Source of the DNA: Lama guanicoe
Taxonomy: Eukaryota
Direction of reading: 5' to 3'
DNA: 64,000 nucleotides
Assembly: GCA_013239625.1 (NCBI GenBank)
Contig: MU054187.1
Coordinates: 24,926,433 to 24,990,432 of the forward strand
The notes under the pieces were generated by a model, which made no database searches, was not told the origin of the DNA, and saw only the letters and a list, made by a program, of their open reading frames with translations. A program made the position numbers and the translations under genes. The stretch's first letter is position 1, and each line of letters opens with the position of its first letter. This document shows, in pieces, positions 26,067-41,410 of the stretch.

Positions 26067-28894
26067 CAGGCAGACTTTTAAGAATGTTATCTTCTTTAAT
26101 TTTTTAATGACAACTCTATGCAATGAGAATTATCACTTTGCCTATTTTAGCTATGAGAAAATTGAAGTACACAGAGGTTGAACAATCTGTTTAAAGTTAC
26201 ACAGTTAGTAAGTGATGCCATTGGGACTTGAAACTCTGCAGTCTGATTCCTGAGTACAGGCTTTTTGCTGCGATACTATAAAGGCCTTATAAAATGTCAT
26301 TGAAATGAACTAGTTTACACGTAATGGTTGATGGAGATATTCCGAAGATGGAGAAGTTAAAATTTCTAGCTTTTTAAAAAAGGGTGATTACAATGAGTGC
26401 TTTGAAACACCAGCTTGGGGAAACTTTAGTAGCACTAGGGGAGTCACAAAATTGAAGCAGAAAGTCTGCTAGTTTTTCACCTGTCCTTAGACTTACTTGA
26501 TGCTCCATACACGATCATTAAGGCAAACTGGTCTCAAGCTAAATCGTAATTTCAAAAAACAGGTCAGTCTTAATGTGTTTGGCTAAGCTGATTTAGGAAG
26601 GGCCTAATGGCCCTCTCCTTGTTGCTAATGTGTTTGCTCAGTGTGGTAACTTCGACTGATTTCTGATGGAGGGCATATGGCTTACAAGTGTGGCAATGGT
26701 TCCTTGCTTTCCAAAAAGTGGGACTTGAGGATTGAAATCAGATAGTTAGGGATGGTGTTTGCTGAAACAGTAAGGAACAATATTTGCTTTGACAAGAGTT
26801 TATTTTCGCCCACAGTTTTCCTGTCCAAGCAGCGTGTTCTATTTCAGATGTGGACTGCTGGTGTTTAGATGGGAAGTAGAGCAGGAAGACTGACAGCTTA
26901 GGCATTCCAGCCTGATGCTAGAAGTCACAGAAAATAGGAGAACATAGTACGATACTCAGAACACAAAGAATTCATTTCTTACAGGCATGCCAGAGCACCC
27001 TGCAGAATCCCATAACTAGAAAGCATCTCAAGGTGTCATCCTACCCAGGGTTCCTTAAAGAGCCTAAGGACCCGTAAGAACATATGCATTTTTCTGAGAT
27101 GATCTGTAGCTTTCACAAGATTCTCAAAGTGGTCCATGACCCTCGCAAAAAATAACTACTAATGTAGTCTTAAAACCCAGACATAAAAAAAACAAAATGA
27201 AATACAATGTCTGGAAGAGATGACTACTTTAGAAAGCTCTTCTGAAGAAGTGCACTAGTACCAACAACTGTTGTCAGCTACACTCACTTCTTGAGAAGGT
27301 TCTCCATTTGCTTATTTAAAGTTTTTAAGCGTTTTAAATTCATTTATTTCAGTTACAGTCTCTATGGTTATATATGGAAAATAGTTTTTCAGAAGTGACT
27401 TTAAAGTAAGTCTTGAGGACACATACTAATTTACTAAAGGGTTTCCTTGTTTCTGGACTGATAGTCCTGGATCTGTTGATCTCTCCCTTTAGTTTTACTT
27501 TTCCAATGTTTTAATCATTTTCTGTGGCTCTTCTCTGGGCTCCAGTGCTGCTAGATCCCGGTCACACTGTGGAGATGGACTACATCACTTCCAGGTAATG
27601 CCAGACCTAGTGGACTCTCGCCTCTTAACTCTCATCCTTGGTTATTACATCATCAGTTGGGTGTTGATTACTTAAAAATCACAGTATTGCTCTGTGGATT
27701 TCACCAACTGTTGCAGTGAGTCTTTTCTGGAGGACTTTCCAAACCTTTTAGGGACATTACTTAGAGCATACATTGTTACTTTGATGGTTAAGGGGCACAG
27801 GGAGGTTAGGAGACTAAGCAAAGTGGCTATAGAGCTGAAACTATCTCCTAACTTTTGGAATCTCAAGAACTGTTTTATGTACCCAGTATAGATGTATAAT
27901 TCTTGGCAGGAGGGGAACTTGCCATTTGCCTCCTTTGTAAACTGGAGATAATATACTTTCCTCAGAATCATGTAAGTCTTAAAGTCATTGTGCTCAGGCA
28001 ATGGCAAAAAAGACATGATTTTGAACACTATTCTTTATTTTATCATTATGAGATGCAAAAATATTCAGGTAAAAAAAACCCCTGGTAAATGCATCCATTT
28101 AAAAGCAGACCAGAACAACAGCAAATTTTAGTTATCATGTATTTGAACTAGGAGCTTGTTGCCACATTCAGACATTTGATTTTGGCTGGCATAAAAGTGT
28201 ACTTGCCCGCACTGCACGCCATGACGCAAAACCGAAGTCTACATTAGTAACTAGCTGAGCAGATTCCTCTACTGTGAGGAGATAGTTTGAATGTGTCAGA
28301 GGAACTATGTATCCTTTTTACTTCTGTTTTTTCACGTATAAAAAAAGATTCAAAAAATAATCTCAATGATGGTTTCAAGGAGGATGTGGGGAACTATTAG
28401 ACTCTTGCATTCTGAGTTTTGTCAGAAAGCTGCAAGACGAAATAAGGTAAAGTTACATGATTAACTGAAAAAGCTCTTGATCCAACTTGCCTCATGTGAT
28501 TCCACATAGAACGTGTAGTTTCTAGAAATTCTCGAGAAGCACTGGTTGGCTATCTACCAGATTATTAGGTCTGAGAACTGGAGCTTCTTTACAAGAGACA
28601 GCTTTTAAAAGTCAAAAAGGCTGCTGATTCCTAGAGAGCTGAATGGAGAAGGAAGTCGTTCGCGGGGGTATGAGATAACGTACTGAAATGCAGTCTATTT
28701 AAACCTGCGGTACTTAAATGATTTCTAGGAGTTCTCTGTATTGGCCAAGACAGTCTATTGCCCAACCAGTACGGTTTAGCAAATCATTTTGAAATGCCAC
28801 TGAAATTAAAGAGGCTCTTTTAAGGGAACATAAATGTTCACAGTTACTACCTACTGGGAATAACTCAGAACATGTTTTTTGAACATCAAAGACG

Positions 28895-30247
<1,353 letters not shown>

Positions 30248-30263
30248 AAAATTCTATGTATTT

Positions 30264-31141
30264 ATTTTTTTATTTTTAAAAAATTTAATTTTATTGAGTT
30301 ATAGTCAGTTTACAGTGTATCAATTTTGAGTGTTGAGCACAATTTTTCAGCTATACATGAACATACATATATTCATTGTCACATTTTTTTTTTGCTGTGA
30401 TCTTGTATATATTCCCCTGTGCTATACAGTATAGTCTTGTTTATCTAGTCTATAAATACCTGTCAGTATCTACAGATTTCCAACTCCCAGTCTGTCCCTT
30501 CCCACCCCCCACTCCCACCCCCGGCAAACACAAGTTTGTATTCTATGCCTATGAGTCTGTTTCTGTTTTGTATTTATGTTCATTTGTCTTTTTCTTTTCT
30601 TTTTCTTTTTTAGATCACACATATAAGTGATCTCATATGGTATTTTTCTTTTTCTTTCTGGCTTACTTCACTTAGAATGACATTCTCCTGGGACATTCAT
30701 GTTGCTGAAATGGTGTTATGTTGTCATTTTTTATGACTGAATAGTATTCTATTGGATGAATATACCACATCTTCTTTATCCAGTCATCTGTTGATGGACA
30801 TTTAGGTTGTTTCCATGTCTTGGCTATTGTAAATAGTGCTGCTATGAACATTGGGGTGCCGGTGTCATCCTGAAGTAGATTTCCTTCTGGATACAAGCCC
30901 AGGAGTGGGATTGCTGGGTCATATGGTAGGTCTATTCCTAGTCTTTTGAGGAATCTCCATACTGTTTTGCACAGTGGCTGCAGCAAACTGCATTCCCACC
31001 AGCAGTGTAGGAGGGTCCCTTTACTCCACAGTCCCTCCAATATTTGTCATTTGTGGACTTTTGAATGATGGCCATTCTGACTGGTGTGAGGTGATACCGC
31101 ATTGTAGTTTTGACTTGCATTTCTCTGATAATTAGTGATAT
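30264..31141 (-). mobile_element. Young 5'-truncated LINE-1
   Basis: Minus ORFs at 30672 and 30938 give L1 ORF2 C-terminus ([10 protein letters not shown]...[11 protein letters not shown]...PMFIAALFTIAKTWKQPKCPSTDDWIKKMWY); TSD AAA(A/C)TTCTATGTATTT at 30248-30263 and 31142-31157. Confidence 0.95.
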
Positions 31142-33246
31142 AAACTTCTATGTATTTCAGTGTTCTCATCTGTAAAATGAGGTAGTCATGGTAATTATTT
31201 TAAGATTGATAAGAGGATTAAGTACACATAAGGCACTTAGAACACTACTTGGCCCATTAGGATTTAATAAATATTGTGCAATTAATATTATTCACTATTT
31301 GGTGTATTTTCTAAATATGTGAAATCCAAGCCTTTAATCATATTTATTATTAACAACTAGTCTATTTAGAGTCAAAGTTTAGAAATGTTAGATAAATGTA
31401 TACAGTTTACTTATGTAATAGCTCTTCTTATCTGACCTCCATTTAATTTGTACAATACATCCTGATATCTTTATTTATACAATCTATACTGTTAAGTATC
31501 ATGGCCAATGTCTTCAACACCATAAGCATGGAAAGGAAACTTTCCCAGGAACTAGGTAAAGTGGATTATGGAATAGCTGTCCCTGATTGAAAGGGGAAAT
31601 TCACACAAGCGACACTGACTCTTTAGACTTTATTCCACTGGCCTCTTGAAAGGACCTTTTATATGAAGAGAGACCACTGATTCATGTAAGGTCAGTGACA
31701 GTGTAGCTGGGCTGGGTCTAACTTCTGATTTTCCTGACTTCTGGTTTGTTTCTCCTGTTTTTCCTTCTAATGAGGAAAAAAAAGGATTCTGTAACAAACA
31801 ATTGAAAAAGAGGCATATCCCCCAAATAACTCACTTCATAGATTTAAAAAATAGTTATACTTTAAATATATGTCTCACTATTGCATTTCTTATTCAGAGT
31901 ACATGTTTAAGAAAGGAAATGAAATAGTGAACGTACCTGCTTATATTCAATGATTTGGCTTATTTCATACCAGAAGCTTGGGATTCTGGATTCTGTAAAA
32001 TTGTCTGAATTTATGCTTGAGACTGGACACCCAACTGTCTTTCAGAGTAAAGATGACAGCCCCTTACTGTGATCTTGGTTAAGGATTACTTTGTTAAAGC
32101 TATATATTACACGAGGGAGTGTTCATTCCTTGAGTGTGCTCTAAAGTTCTCCCTAGTTCAGCAGGATTCTAAGGAGAGCTGTCAGAAAGCATTAAAAATT
32201 CAAACTGCATGAGGGTCTAAGAGCCAAGTGTTCTACCTTATTAGTTTCTTGTTTATAGATCTGTAAAGGGCTGAAAGTAGAACTCTGAGCCTGTGGGGAA
32301 GTCCTAACCGTGAGGCTTCTTTTCAGATGTACAGTCATTTTACTGCAAGCTTTATTAAACTTGAGTAAATGGCAAGCAGGTAAGCTAAATGTAGTCCCTG
32401 TGATCTGAGAGAAGGACACCTAATTTGTAACACACTAGGGGAATTCTGCTGACTTATTGAGCTTCCTGGAATTTACAGACATGATAGCATAAAAATCCCA
32501 ACTTTCATATTCGGGCATTGGCATGACTTGTCAAGCACTTTAAGTTCTACTGTTGTCTACAAGGAAATCCCATTCTTCACAGCAGCAAAAGTTAAGTTAG
32601 TTCTTACAAAGAGTGGATCAGGCGCTCTATGAAGGTGCTACATTCTTCCTCTGTTTGTATCCAAATATTTCAACCATGCTGATTAAATGGCCTTTTTGTT
32701 CAAACAACATGGTACTTACTTATTGATCAGCTTGTTCAAATAATTTTGGTGGGTAGATTCAGCTGATATCTACTGTGTCTATCTCTGATTTTTCAAGTAG
32801 GTGATCAGTAATGCTAGTCTTCTTGATACTGTCCAGGTTTTAGCACTAAAAGCCTTAGGTAACCTCTCCCTAGAATGTGAAAAGTCCCAGTTTTGGAGAA
32901 TGACTGAGAAAGTATGGGTACAAAATGCACATAGGGACCAAAAAATAAGGGCTGGAAACAACACTGCTTTTAGTGTCAAACAAGTATGTCATAGATTATC
33001 TATCTTTTACAGTTGCTACCATTGTTTTTTCATTCCTTCTTTTCCTCTGATTACTGATGTTGGCCACCATCTTCTATGGTTCTCAGCAATGGATGTAGTT
33101 AAAGTGTGTAATTTAAGTGTGTTCCTGCTGTGAGTGTGTTATTCTGTCTTTGACTTTGCACGTGGATTAACAACTGTGCTTTGCATTGAGATAGGGCTAT
33201 TTTAACTTTTAACTTTGTGGAATGTTTTGTTTTCCACAGTAACATA

Positions 33247-35780
33247 AGAGTGACCATATTTTTTAAGAGTTCGGAAAATTAAAATGGGAATGATAGTAAT
33301 ACCAATTCCAGCATGACCAAGACACCATGAAAATGCCTAGCTGACTATGTGTTATTTTAGTCATAAATAGAAGGACCCATACAACTGACTTAGGAACGCA
33401 AAATACCCAAAAGACAAATGCAAAATATGCAGAAAAGAATTTGGGGTTGAGTATGGCAAGGGAATGTGAGAAGGGAATGTGAAATATTATATGGGGAATG
33501 GATCTTACAGGTTGTAATAAGACAGGCATGCACCCCTAAGTCATCAAAATTTTTTCATCTCTCCAAAAGAAACCAGTCAAATTCGGTCAAAATAGGAGTT
33601 CTTGTATTAATTTGAGCATATCACAGAAAAGAATTCAAATTATTAGATTATTCCCTTGTTTACTCAGTGAAGATGAATAGTTAGATTCTGAGGTTGCAAC
33701 TAACCTCAGAATGTCCTGTGGGGAGCAAAAAAGACAAATTTTGATAGCAAGTGTGCTGAGTTGATTCTGTCAGATCTTACCAACATTTATACTTTCCGCA
33801 GTATATCAAATGATAGCAACAAATTATAGCAACAAGAAAAAAATATTGCTCCTGGCTCTTAGTCATTTTGATTTGAGCAATGGAGTTTCCAAACATCTTG
33901 ATTTCTCAAGAGCTTTTAGTTAAAGTTTCAGGAACCATAGAACAAAAGATTGTTGATATCTTTTCCAAATACAAAACATACTTTGCTCATATATCTTCAT
34001 ATTCCATAGGCAGTGAAAATATAAATTTTGGCAAATTCCATTCAGTATATAAATCCTTCCCAAAGATAATGAAAAAGATCTCACCTGCTAAATGTCTGAA
34101 CACTTTACACACAATACTGCCAAAAAGGGGCATGCTATGATATTGAAGAGCTCATGATAAAAGTTTTTGGTCACTTTTCAGATTCTTCAAAATGTTTAGA
34201 AGCATTTAATGAGATATTCAACTTTATAGAAATTAAAGGAGATACTTTCCTTAGACAAGTGCCTATAATACACACATCATTGTTGCTAGACGTAGAAAAG
34301 ATTTAAAAATGCTGGCTTGCTGTGAAATCATATTTTCAAAGTTTGAGGCAAGAAGAATGACTTTCCCTAATTTGGAAATATATTGAAGATGAAAATGGAG
34401 AAAAGGATTCCAGTAAAAGGAATTTATATGTAGTTTCCCAAAACTTTGATAATTTTTTAATGAGACCATAAGGAACCTAGAAAAGGTTGAATTAACTACA
34501 ATTTAGTTGTTTTATGTTATATGTAGGTGACAACAAATAGTTATACAGCAAAAAAAAAAAAAAGCAAAATTTTGAGGAAAAAATAGCTTCAAAACTCGAA
34601 AAAGGAAACAGGAAAGCCAACTAGAAAATGACTTCCTCAATTTATTTATTAAAACTAACTTATTGGAATTCAACTTCAATTTCTCAAGTACAGATAGTCT
34701 CTTTGTTCTAAGAAAGAAAACTAGAATGTATAATGACATCTATTGTGCTTTGAAGAGTTTAAAAATGATGGACATTTTAGACAAAGATAATCATTATAAT
34801 GAATTTATAGATGCAAAGGATCTGATTGACTAACAATTGGTCCACCAAGATAAACCTGCAGATACAAAGTAGATGGAAATTTTTGAAGAGCTGGAAACGA
34901 ATTCCTACAAATCTAAAATCTCATTGTGTGAAACAAATGGGTGACTATAACAAAACAGAAACAAACTCACAGATACCAAGAACAAACTAGTGGTTACCAG
35001 TGGGGAGAGGGGTGGGGAGTGGGGCAAGAAAGGTGAAAGGGACTAAGAAGTACACACTACTATGTATAAAGTAAATAAGATACAAGAATGTAATGTACAG
35101 CACAGGAAATACAGTCAATATTTTATAATAACTTTATATTGAGTATGATCTATGAAAATATTAAATCACAATGTTGTGCACCTGAAACTAATATAATAGT
35201 GTAAAATAAAAAAATAAAAACCCAAAACTCTGCGCTTGGAATTAAAATCCTAAGTATTTCATGACCAACCAATTGTGTTGCAAGGCTATTTAATTTGATA
35301 CCTTCACATTGAGCTGACACCAAGAATCAGTGTATGTGCACCTGAAGAGTCACAAGTCAAAAGTAAATATGTTCATGTTTGATTGTGTTGTTTTGCCATA
35401 CACAAATAAAAAGAAGGCTGTTGTCGAGACTGCAGTCAATCAGAGAAGTATTGATGAAAAAAGAAAATGAGAAGAGCAAAATATCCTAGGACAAAAAGAA
35501 ACATGTCAGTATCTTTTTTTCATTAAACTTAGGGGAGTTATATGTTTAATTAGTTTTATTATATTTACACTCACCTTTTAAAGTCTTTAATTTATATATC
35601 TTATGGGTATACAGTAATATAGTCTGTAACATTTAAATACCTAATAAAGTTTTAAAAAGTTAAAATTGCTCTTCAGAAGACAGTAGTATTATTAAAATAT
35701 TATTAATTTTTTGTACCTATGTATTTATTTAATTAGTCCTACTTTTAATGACTACTAGTTGTGAATTACCTTTTAATTAT
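33247..35780 (+). mobile_element. Fossil hAT DNA transposon (Blackjack-type), main body with decayed transposase
   Basis: Left TIR AGAGTGACCATATT. Hand translation gives NINFGKFHSVYK, PAKC, HNTAKKG, DIEELMIKVFGHFSDSSKCLEAFNEIFNFIEIKGDTFLRQVP, KCWLAVKSYFQSL, LIWKYIEDENGEKD and C-terminal DTKNQC, with stops and frameshifts. Right end continues at ~41214-41410 and 43313-43322 (TGGTCACCCT). Confidence 0.8.
34945..35220 (+). mobile_element. LINE-1 3' UTR fragment nested in the hAT element
   Basis: AAAACAGAAACAAACTCACAGA...GTGGTTACCAGTGGGGAGAGG...CACCTGAAACTAATATA plus A tail. Confidence 0.85.
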
Positions 35781-35797
35781 TTCTATTGTTATTTGTT

Positions 35798-38700
35798 AAT
35801 TTAATTGAATTTTAGAGAGGGAGAGATGGAGTTTTTATTTTTACTTTTTGTTTAATTTTTATTAAAGCATAGTTGATTTACATTTATTAGTTTCAGATGT
35901 GCAACATAGTGATTGCATACTTTCATAGATTATGCTCCATTTAAAATTGTTATAACACATTCCCTGTGTTGCACAGTATATTCTTGTATCTTATTTATTT
36001 TATACATAGTAGTTTGTACCTCTTAATCCCCATCCTTATCTTGCACCTACCCCTTTCCTCTCCCCACTTGCAACCATGAGTTTGTTTTCTGTATCTGTGA
36101 GTCTGTTTCTGGTTTGTTGTATTCATTTGTTTTATATTTTAGATTCCATGTGTAAGTGATAACACATTTATTTTTCTCTGTCTAACTTATTTCACTGAGA
36201 AAACACCCTCTAGGCTCCTCCATGTTGTTGCTAATGGCAGAATTTCATTCTTATTTATGGCCTTGTAGTATCATATATATGTATGTATATGTATATACAC
36301 ACACATCTTCTTTATCCATTCATCTGTTGTTGGACACTTGGGCTGCTTCCGTATCTTGGCAATTATAAATAGTGCTGTTATGAAGATTGGGATGTAGGTT
36401 TCTTTTTGAATTAGTGTTTTAACTTTTTCTGAGTATATACCCAGGAGTAGAATTGTTGGATCATCTGGTAGTTCTATTTAAAGGTTTTTGAGGAATCACT
36501 GTACTGTTTTCCCTAGTGGCTGTACCAATTTACAGCTCCATCAAAAGTATACAATGGTTCCCTTTTCTCCATATACATGCCAACATTTGTTATTTGTAGA
36601 CTTTTTAAGGATAGCTATTCTAACAGGTGTGAGGAGCTCTCTCATTGTTTTGATTTGCATTTTCTAATAACTAGTGATGAGCATCTTTTCATGTGCCTGA
36701 TAGCCATTGGTGTATCTTTGGAAAAATGTTTTATTCAGGTCTCCTTCCTATCGTTTTGATTAAGTTGTTTGTTTTATTGATACTGAGTTGTATGTGCTAT
36801 TTGTATATTTTGTATATTAATATCTTACTGGTCATATCATTTGGAAATATTTTCTCCCATTTAGTAGGTTTCCTCCTTTTGATTGATGGTTTCTTTTACT
36901 GTGAAAAGCTCTTAAGTTTAATTAGGTCCCATTTATTTATTAGTGCTTTTGTTTCTTTTACCTGAGGAGACAGATCCAAAAAATACTGCTACCATTTATG
37001 TCAAAGAATGTTCTGTTTATGTTTTCTTCTAGGAGTTTCATGGTTTCAGGCCTTACATTTAGTTCTTTAATCCATTTTGAGTTTATTTTTGTATATGGTA
37101 TGAGGAAATATTCTAATCTCGTTATTTTACATGTAGCCATTTAGTTTTTCCAGCAATACTTGTTGAAGAGACTGTCTTGTCTTCGTTGCATTTTCTTTCC
37201 TCTTTTATTGAATATTAATTGACCATTGGTATATGGATTTATTTCTAGAGTCTCTGTTCTCTTCTGTTGATCTATATGTCTGCTTTAGTGCCAGTATCAT
37301 TCTGTTTTGATTACTGTAGTTTTGTGGTGTAGACTGAAGTCTGGGAGGGTACTTCCAGCTTTGTTCTTTTTTCTCAAGATTGCTTTGACAATTTGGTTTT
37401 TGCATCCATATGTATTTTAGGATAATTTGTTCTAGTTCTGTGCAAAATATCATAGGAATTTTGATAGGGATTGCATTAAATCTATAGATTATTTTGGGTC
37501 ATACAGCCATTTAAAAATATTAATTCTTCCAATCCATGAATACTGACATCTTTCCCTTTTTTTTATATCATCTTTAATTTCCTTCATCCATGCTTTATAG
37601 TTTTCATAGCACAGGTCTCTCACTTCCTTGATTAAGATTATTTCTGTGTATTTTATTCTTTTGATGCATTTTTAAAATGAGACTGCTTTCTTTTCTTTTT
37701 CTCTTTCTGAGAGTTAATTATTAGTGTATAGAAAAGCAATAGATTTCTGTATTTTAATCTTGTATCCTTCACCATTACTGAATTTATTTGTTAGCTCTAT
37801 TTTTTTTCTGTACAGAGTATCATGTGATCTGCAAATAGGGACAATTTTACTTTTCCCCTTCCAATTTGGATGCCTCATTTCTTTTTCTTCCTGATTGCTG
37901 TGGCTAGGACTTCAAATATTGTATTAAATAGAAGTGGTAAGAGTGTACACCTTTGTTTTGTTCCTGATTTTAGAGGAAAAGCTTTTAGCTTTTCACCATT
38001 GAGTACAATGTTGGCTGTGGGTTTGTCATAAATGGTCTTTATTATGTTGAGATATGTTCCTTCTGTACCAACTTTGATGAGAGTTTTTATCATGAATAGA
38101 TGTTAAATTTTGTTAAATGCTTTTTCTGTGTCTATTGAGATGATCATGTAATATTTATCCCTTGTTTTGATAACTTAGTGTATCACATTGTTTGATTTGT
38201 AGATATTGAACCCTCCTTGCATCACTGAAATAAACTCACTTGATCACGGTATATAATCCTTTTATTATATTGTTGAATTCAGTTTGCTAATATTTTGTTG
38301 GTGATTTTTGCATCTATATTCATCAGAGATACTGGCTTGCAATTTTTCTTTATTTTGATAGTGTATCTTTCTTGTTTTATTATTAGAGTAATTGTGGCTT
38401 CTTAAGATGTATTTGGGACTGTTCTTTTATCTTCAATTTTTTGAAGTAGTTTGAGAACAATGGGTGTTAGATCTTCTTAATATTTTTTTGAGAATTCCTC
38501 TCAGTAGTCTTTCAGTCTGGGACTTTTGTTTGCTGGAAATTTTTTGATTACTGATTCAACTTCACTACTGGTGATCAGTTTTCAGAGTACTTATTTCTTC
38601 CTGATCCAGTCTTATGATTAGAACATTTAGTCCACTGACATTTAATAAGTTCATAGGTATATATTATTGCCATTTTAACTTGTTTTTTGGTTGTTTTTGC

Positions 38701-41199
38701 AATTCTGCTTTGTTCTTTTCTGCTTCTTTTAGTTTCTTTCCTTGTGGATTGATGATTTGATTTGGTGGTATGCTTGTGTTTTCTTTCTCCTTCATTTTTG
38801 TGTGTCTAACCTATTATAGGTTTTTGATTTGTAGTTACCATGGGGTGGGCTGATATATGTTGACATATAACTATATATTCTTGTTTTAAAATGAAAATCA
38901 TTTAAGTTCAAACACATACTAAAAGATATACATTTTTACTCCCTTTCCCTCATTTTGTGTTTTTGAAGTCATATTTTACATCTTCATGCCTATACCTTAA
39001 CTATTTATTGCAGCTATAGTTAATTTTACAATTTTTGTGTTTTAATCTTTGTCCTAGCTTACTTAAGTGGTTGATCTACAGTCTTTGCTATATGGTTGCC
39101 TTTACTAGTGGGATTTTTCCTTTCCTATAAATTCTTATTTCTTCTTGGAGCTTTTTTCCCCCCACTTACAGAAGGCCCTTTACACTTCTTGTCAGACTGG
39201 TTTAGTATTGATGAACTCTTTTCATTTTTGCTTGTCTGAGATGTTATTTATCTCTACTTCAATCCTGAATGATAATCTTGCTGAGTAAAGTATCCTAATT
39301 TGCAGGTTTTTCCCTTTAGTACTGTAAATATATTATGCCACTTTCTTCTGGCCTGCAAAGTTTCTCCAAAAAAAATCAGCTGAAACATCACGGGGGTTCC
39401 CTTGTATGTAACTTTTTGTTTTTCTGTTGCTGCCTTTAAATTTTTCTCTTTACTTTTAACTTTTGCCACTTTAAGTATAATATGTCTTGGTGTAGTCTCT
39501 TTGGATTCACCTTGTTTACGACTCTCTATGCTTCCAACACCAGGAACTCGGTTTCTTTCTTCAGCTTCAGGTGTTTCTCAGCTGTAATTTTATCAAATAC
39601 ATTTTCTATTCCTTTCTCTTTCTCTCTCTTCCCTCTAAATGTGAATGCTAATACCTTTGATTTTGTTCTGGAGGTTGCTTAATCTATCCCTAGTTTTAAA
39701 ACTTTGTTTTCCTTTTTGCTTTTCTGATTCGGTGATTTCCATTCATCTATCTTCCCGGTTACTTACACATTCTTCTGTATCATTTAGTCTACTGTTAATT
39801 CCTTCTAGTGTATTTTTTTTTTACTTCAGTTATTGTATTCTTTAGTTCTGACTTTTTTTTATATATTTTCTAATTCTTTGTTAAGATTCTCATTGTGTTC
39901 ATATATTCTTTTCCCAAATTCAGTTAGCACTCCTTTTACTAATGCTTTGAAGTCTTTGGTAGATTATTTATCTGTTTCATTAGCTTTTTTTCAGGATTTT
40001 TTCTGTTTCTTTTGTTTGAAACACATTCTTGCGTCTTCTTATTTTCTTTAATTTTCTCTGTCTCTATTAAATTAGGTGAAACAGTTACCTATCCTGATCT
40101 TTAAAGGGTTTCCTTGTATGGAAATGTCTCTATGCAGTCTGTGTCCAATTGCTTTGGTAGGAGAGTTGGCTCTGAAGTGAGCACGGACCACATCTTCCTT
40201 TGGGGTATTTTAGCAGCTACCACCTTGTTAGGAGGTAGGGCTGAGATGGAAGTGTTAGACCAAAAGCCATATGTGAGCCTGGGCTCTCTCTATGCTAAAT
40301 GGCTGTCTCTGCCATATTGGGAGCAGGAGTGGGGCCCAAGGTACAAGAGCAGAAACTCTGAGGGTCAAACTCAAGCTGGCTTTATTCCCTCTAAATGGGT
40401 GCTACCCTTACCAGCAATGGCACCTCTGACCTCATGGAGAGCAGCACCAGAGCAAGAGGTGCTGGAGAAAGTGCCTGGTGCAGATTGAGGTGCATGCTGA
40501 TTTGGCCCCAAGAAGCTTGTCAAAGCTCCAGATAGCTTTTAGTTGGCTGCCTCTGTACACTTGTTGACAATGGCTGTCTTCAACTTGTTTAGATACAAGG
40601 TTGGGTCTGAGTTGGCTCCATTCTATGTGTTTACTCTCTCCTTGCAACAGTAATCTTTGCCCTAATGGAGAGGTGCACTGAAGCAAAAGCTCCTGGTACC
40701 ATCTGGGATGCACACTGGGGTGGTCGCAGGAAATTGACTGGAGCCCTGTGAGTTTTCAATTGCTTTCTCTGCCTTATTTGTGTGTGCACTGTCTTCCTGA
40801 GTGGAGTCTGAGTTTCTTATAGCCCTCTGGTAAGTCCTGCTAGCTTTCACACCAGCTAAGACGGCTCTTCTTCCCAGAGTTGGAAGTTGGGGCGCTCCAT
40901 GGTTGGAGTGTCTTACATGTGGCTCAAACTCCTCACTCCCTGGGGAGGATGCCTGAGCCCATGATATTCCCCCTTTCTCCTGGGTCCCTTGCTATAGGTG
41001 CAGGTCTCAACCTGATTGCTTCTTCTTATTTCCCACTCTATTCAGTGTGGGCCTTTCTTTACAGCCTTGGCTATAGAAGAACCTTACTGCCAGTCTCCAG
41101 CTTGTTCTCAGTGGTGGTTACTCCACATGTATTTTTGATGTGTTCATAGGGAGAAGTGAGCTCAGTGTCCTCCTGCTCCACCATTTTTATCTCCCTCCA
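35798..41199 (-). mobile_element. Formerly full-length LINE-1 (5' UTR, ORF1, ORF2, 3' UTR), decayed, with a large ORF2 deletion near 38612
   Basis: Minus ORFs give ORF2 ([43 protein letters not shown]) and ORF1 (MAKVKSKEKNLKAATEKQKVTYKGTP); L1 5' terminus near 41199; probable TSD TATTGTTAT(T/C)TGTT at 35784-35797 and 41200-41213. Confidence 0.93.
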
Positions 41200-41410
41200 T
41201 ATTGTTATCTGTTTAAATTCTAACATTTACATAGCAGAAAAGTAAATGGTGCAGAATAATCTATAACTTCTGTAAACATATATTTTTCATATTTTAATGT
41301 TAAGGTAATAACACATGTATAGTTATTTATTAGATATTATATTATTATTGTATTTTTTTGTTGTTGTTTGATATGACTGTGTCCCAAACTGGCTTCTAAA
41401 TAGGTGGTAA

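Noticed and set aside
32801..33133. ORF with VLALKALGNLS, reminiscent of armadillo repeats or the vitellogenin LALKALGN motif
   Set aside because: Similarity is limited to ~9 residues, there is no ATG start, flanks do not fit either family and no companion exons were found; a tBLASTn or HMM search would settle it
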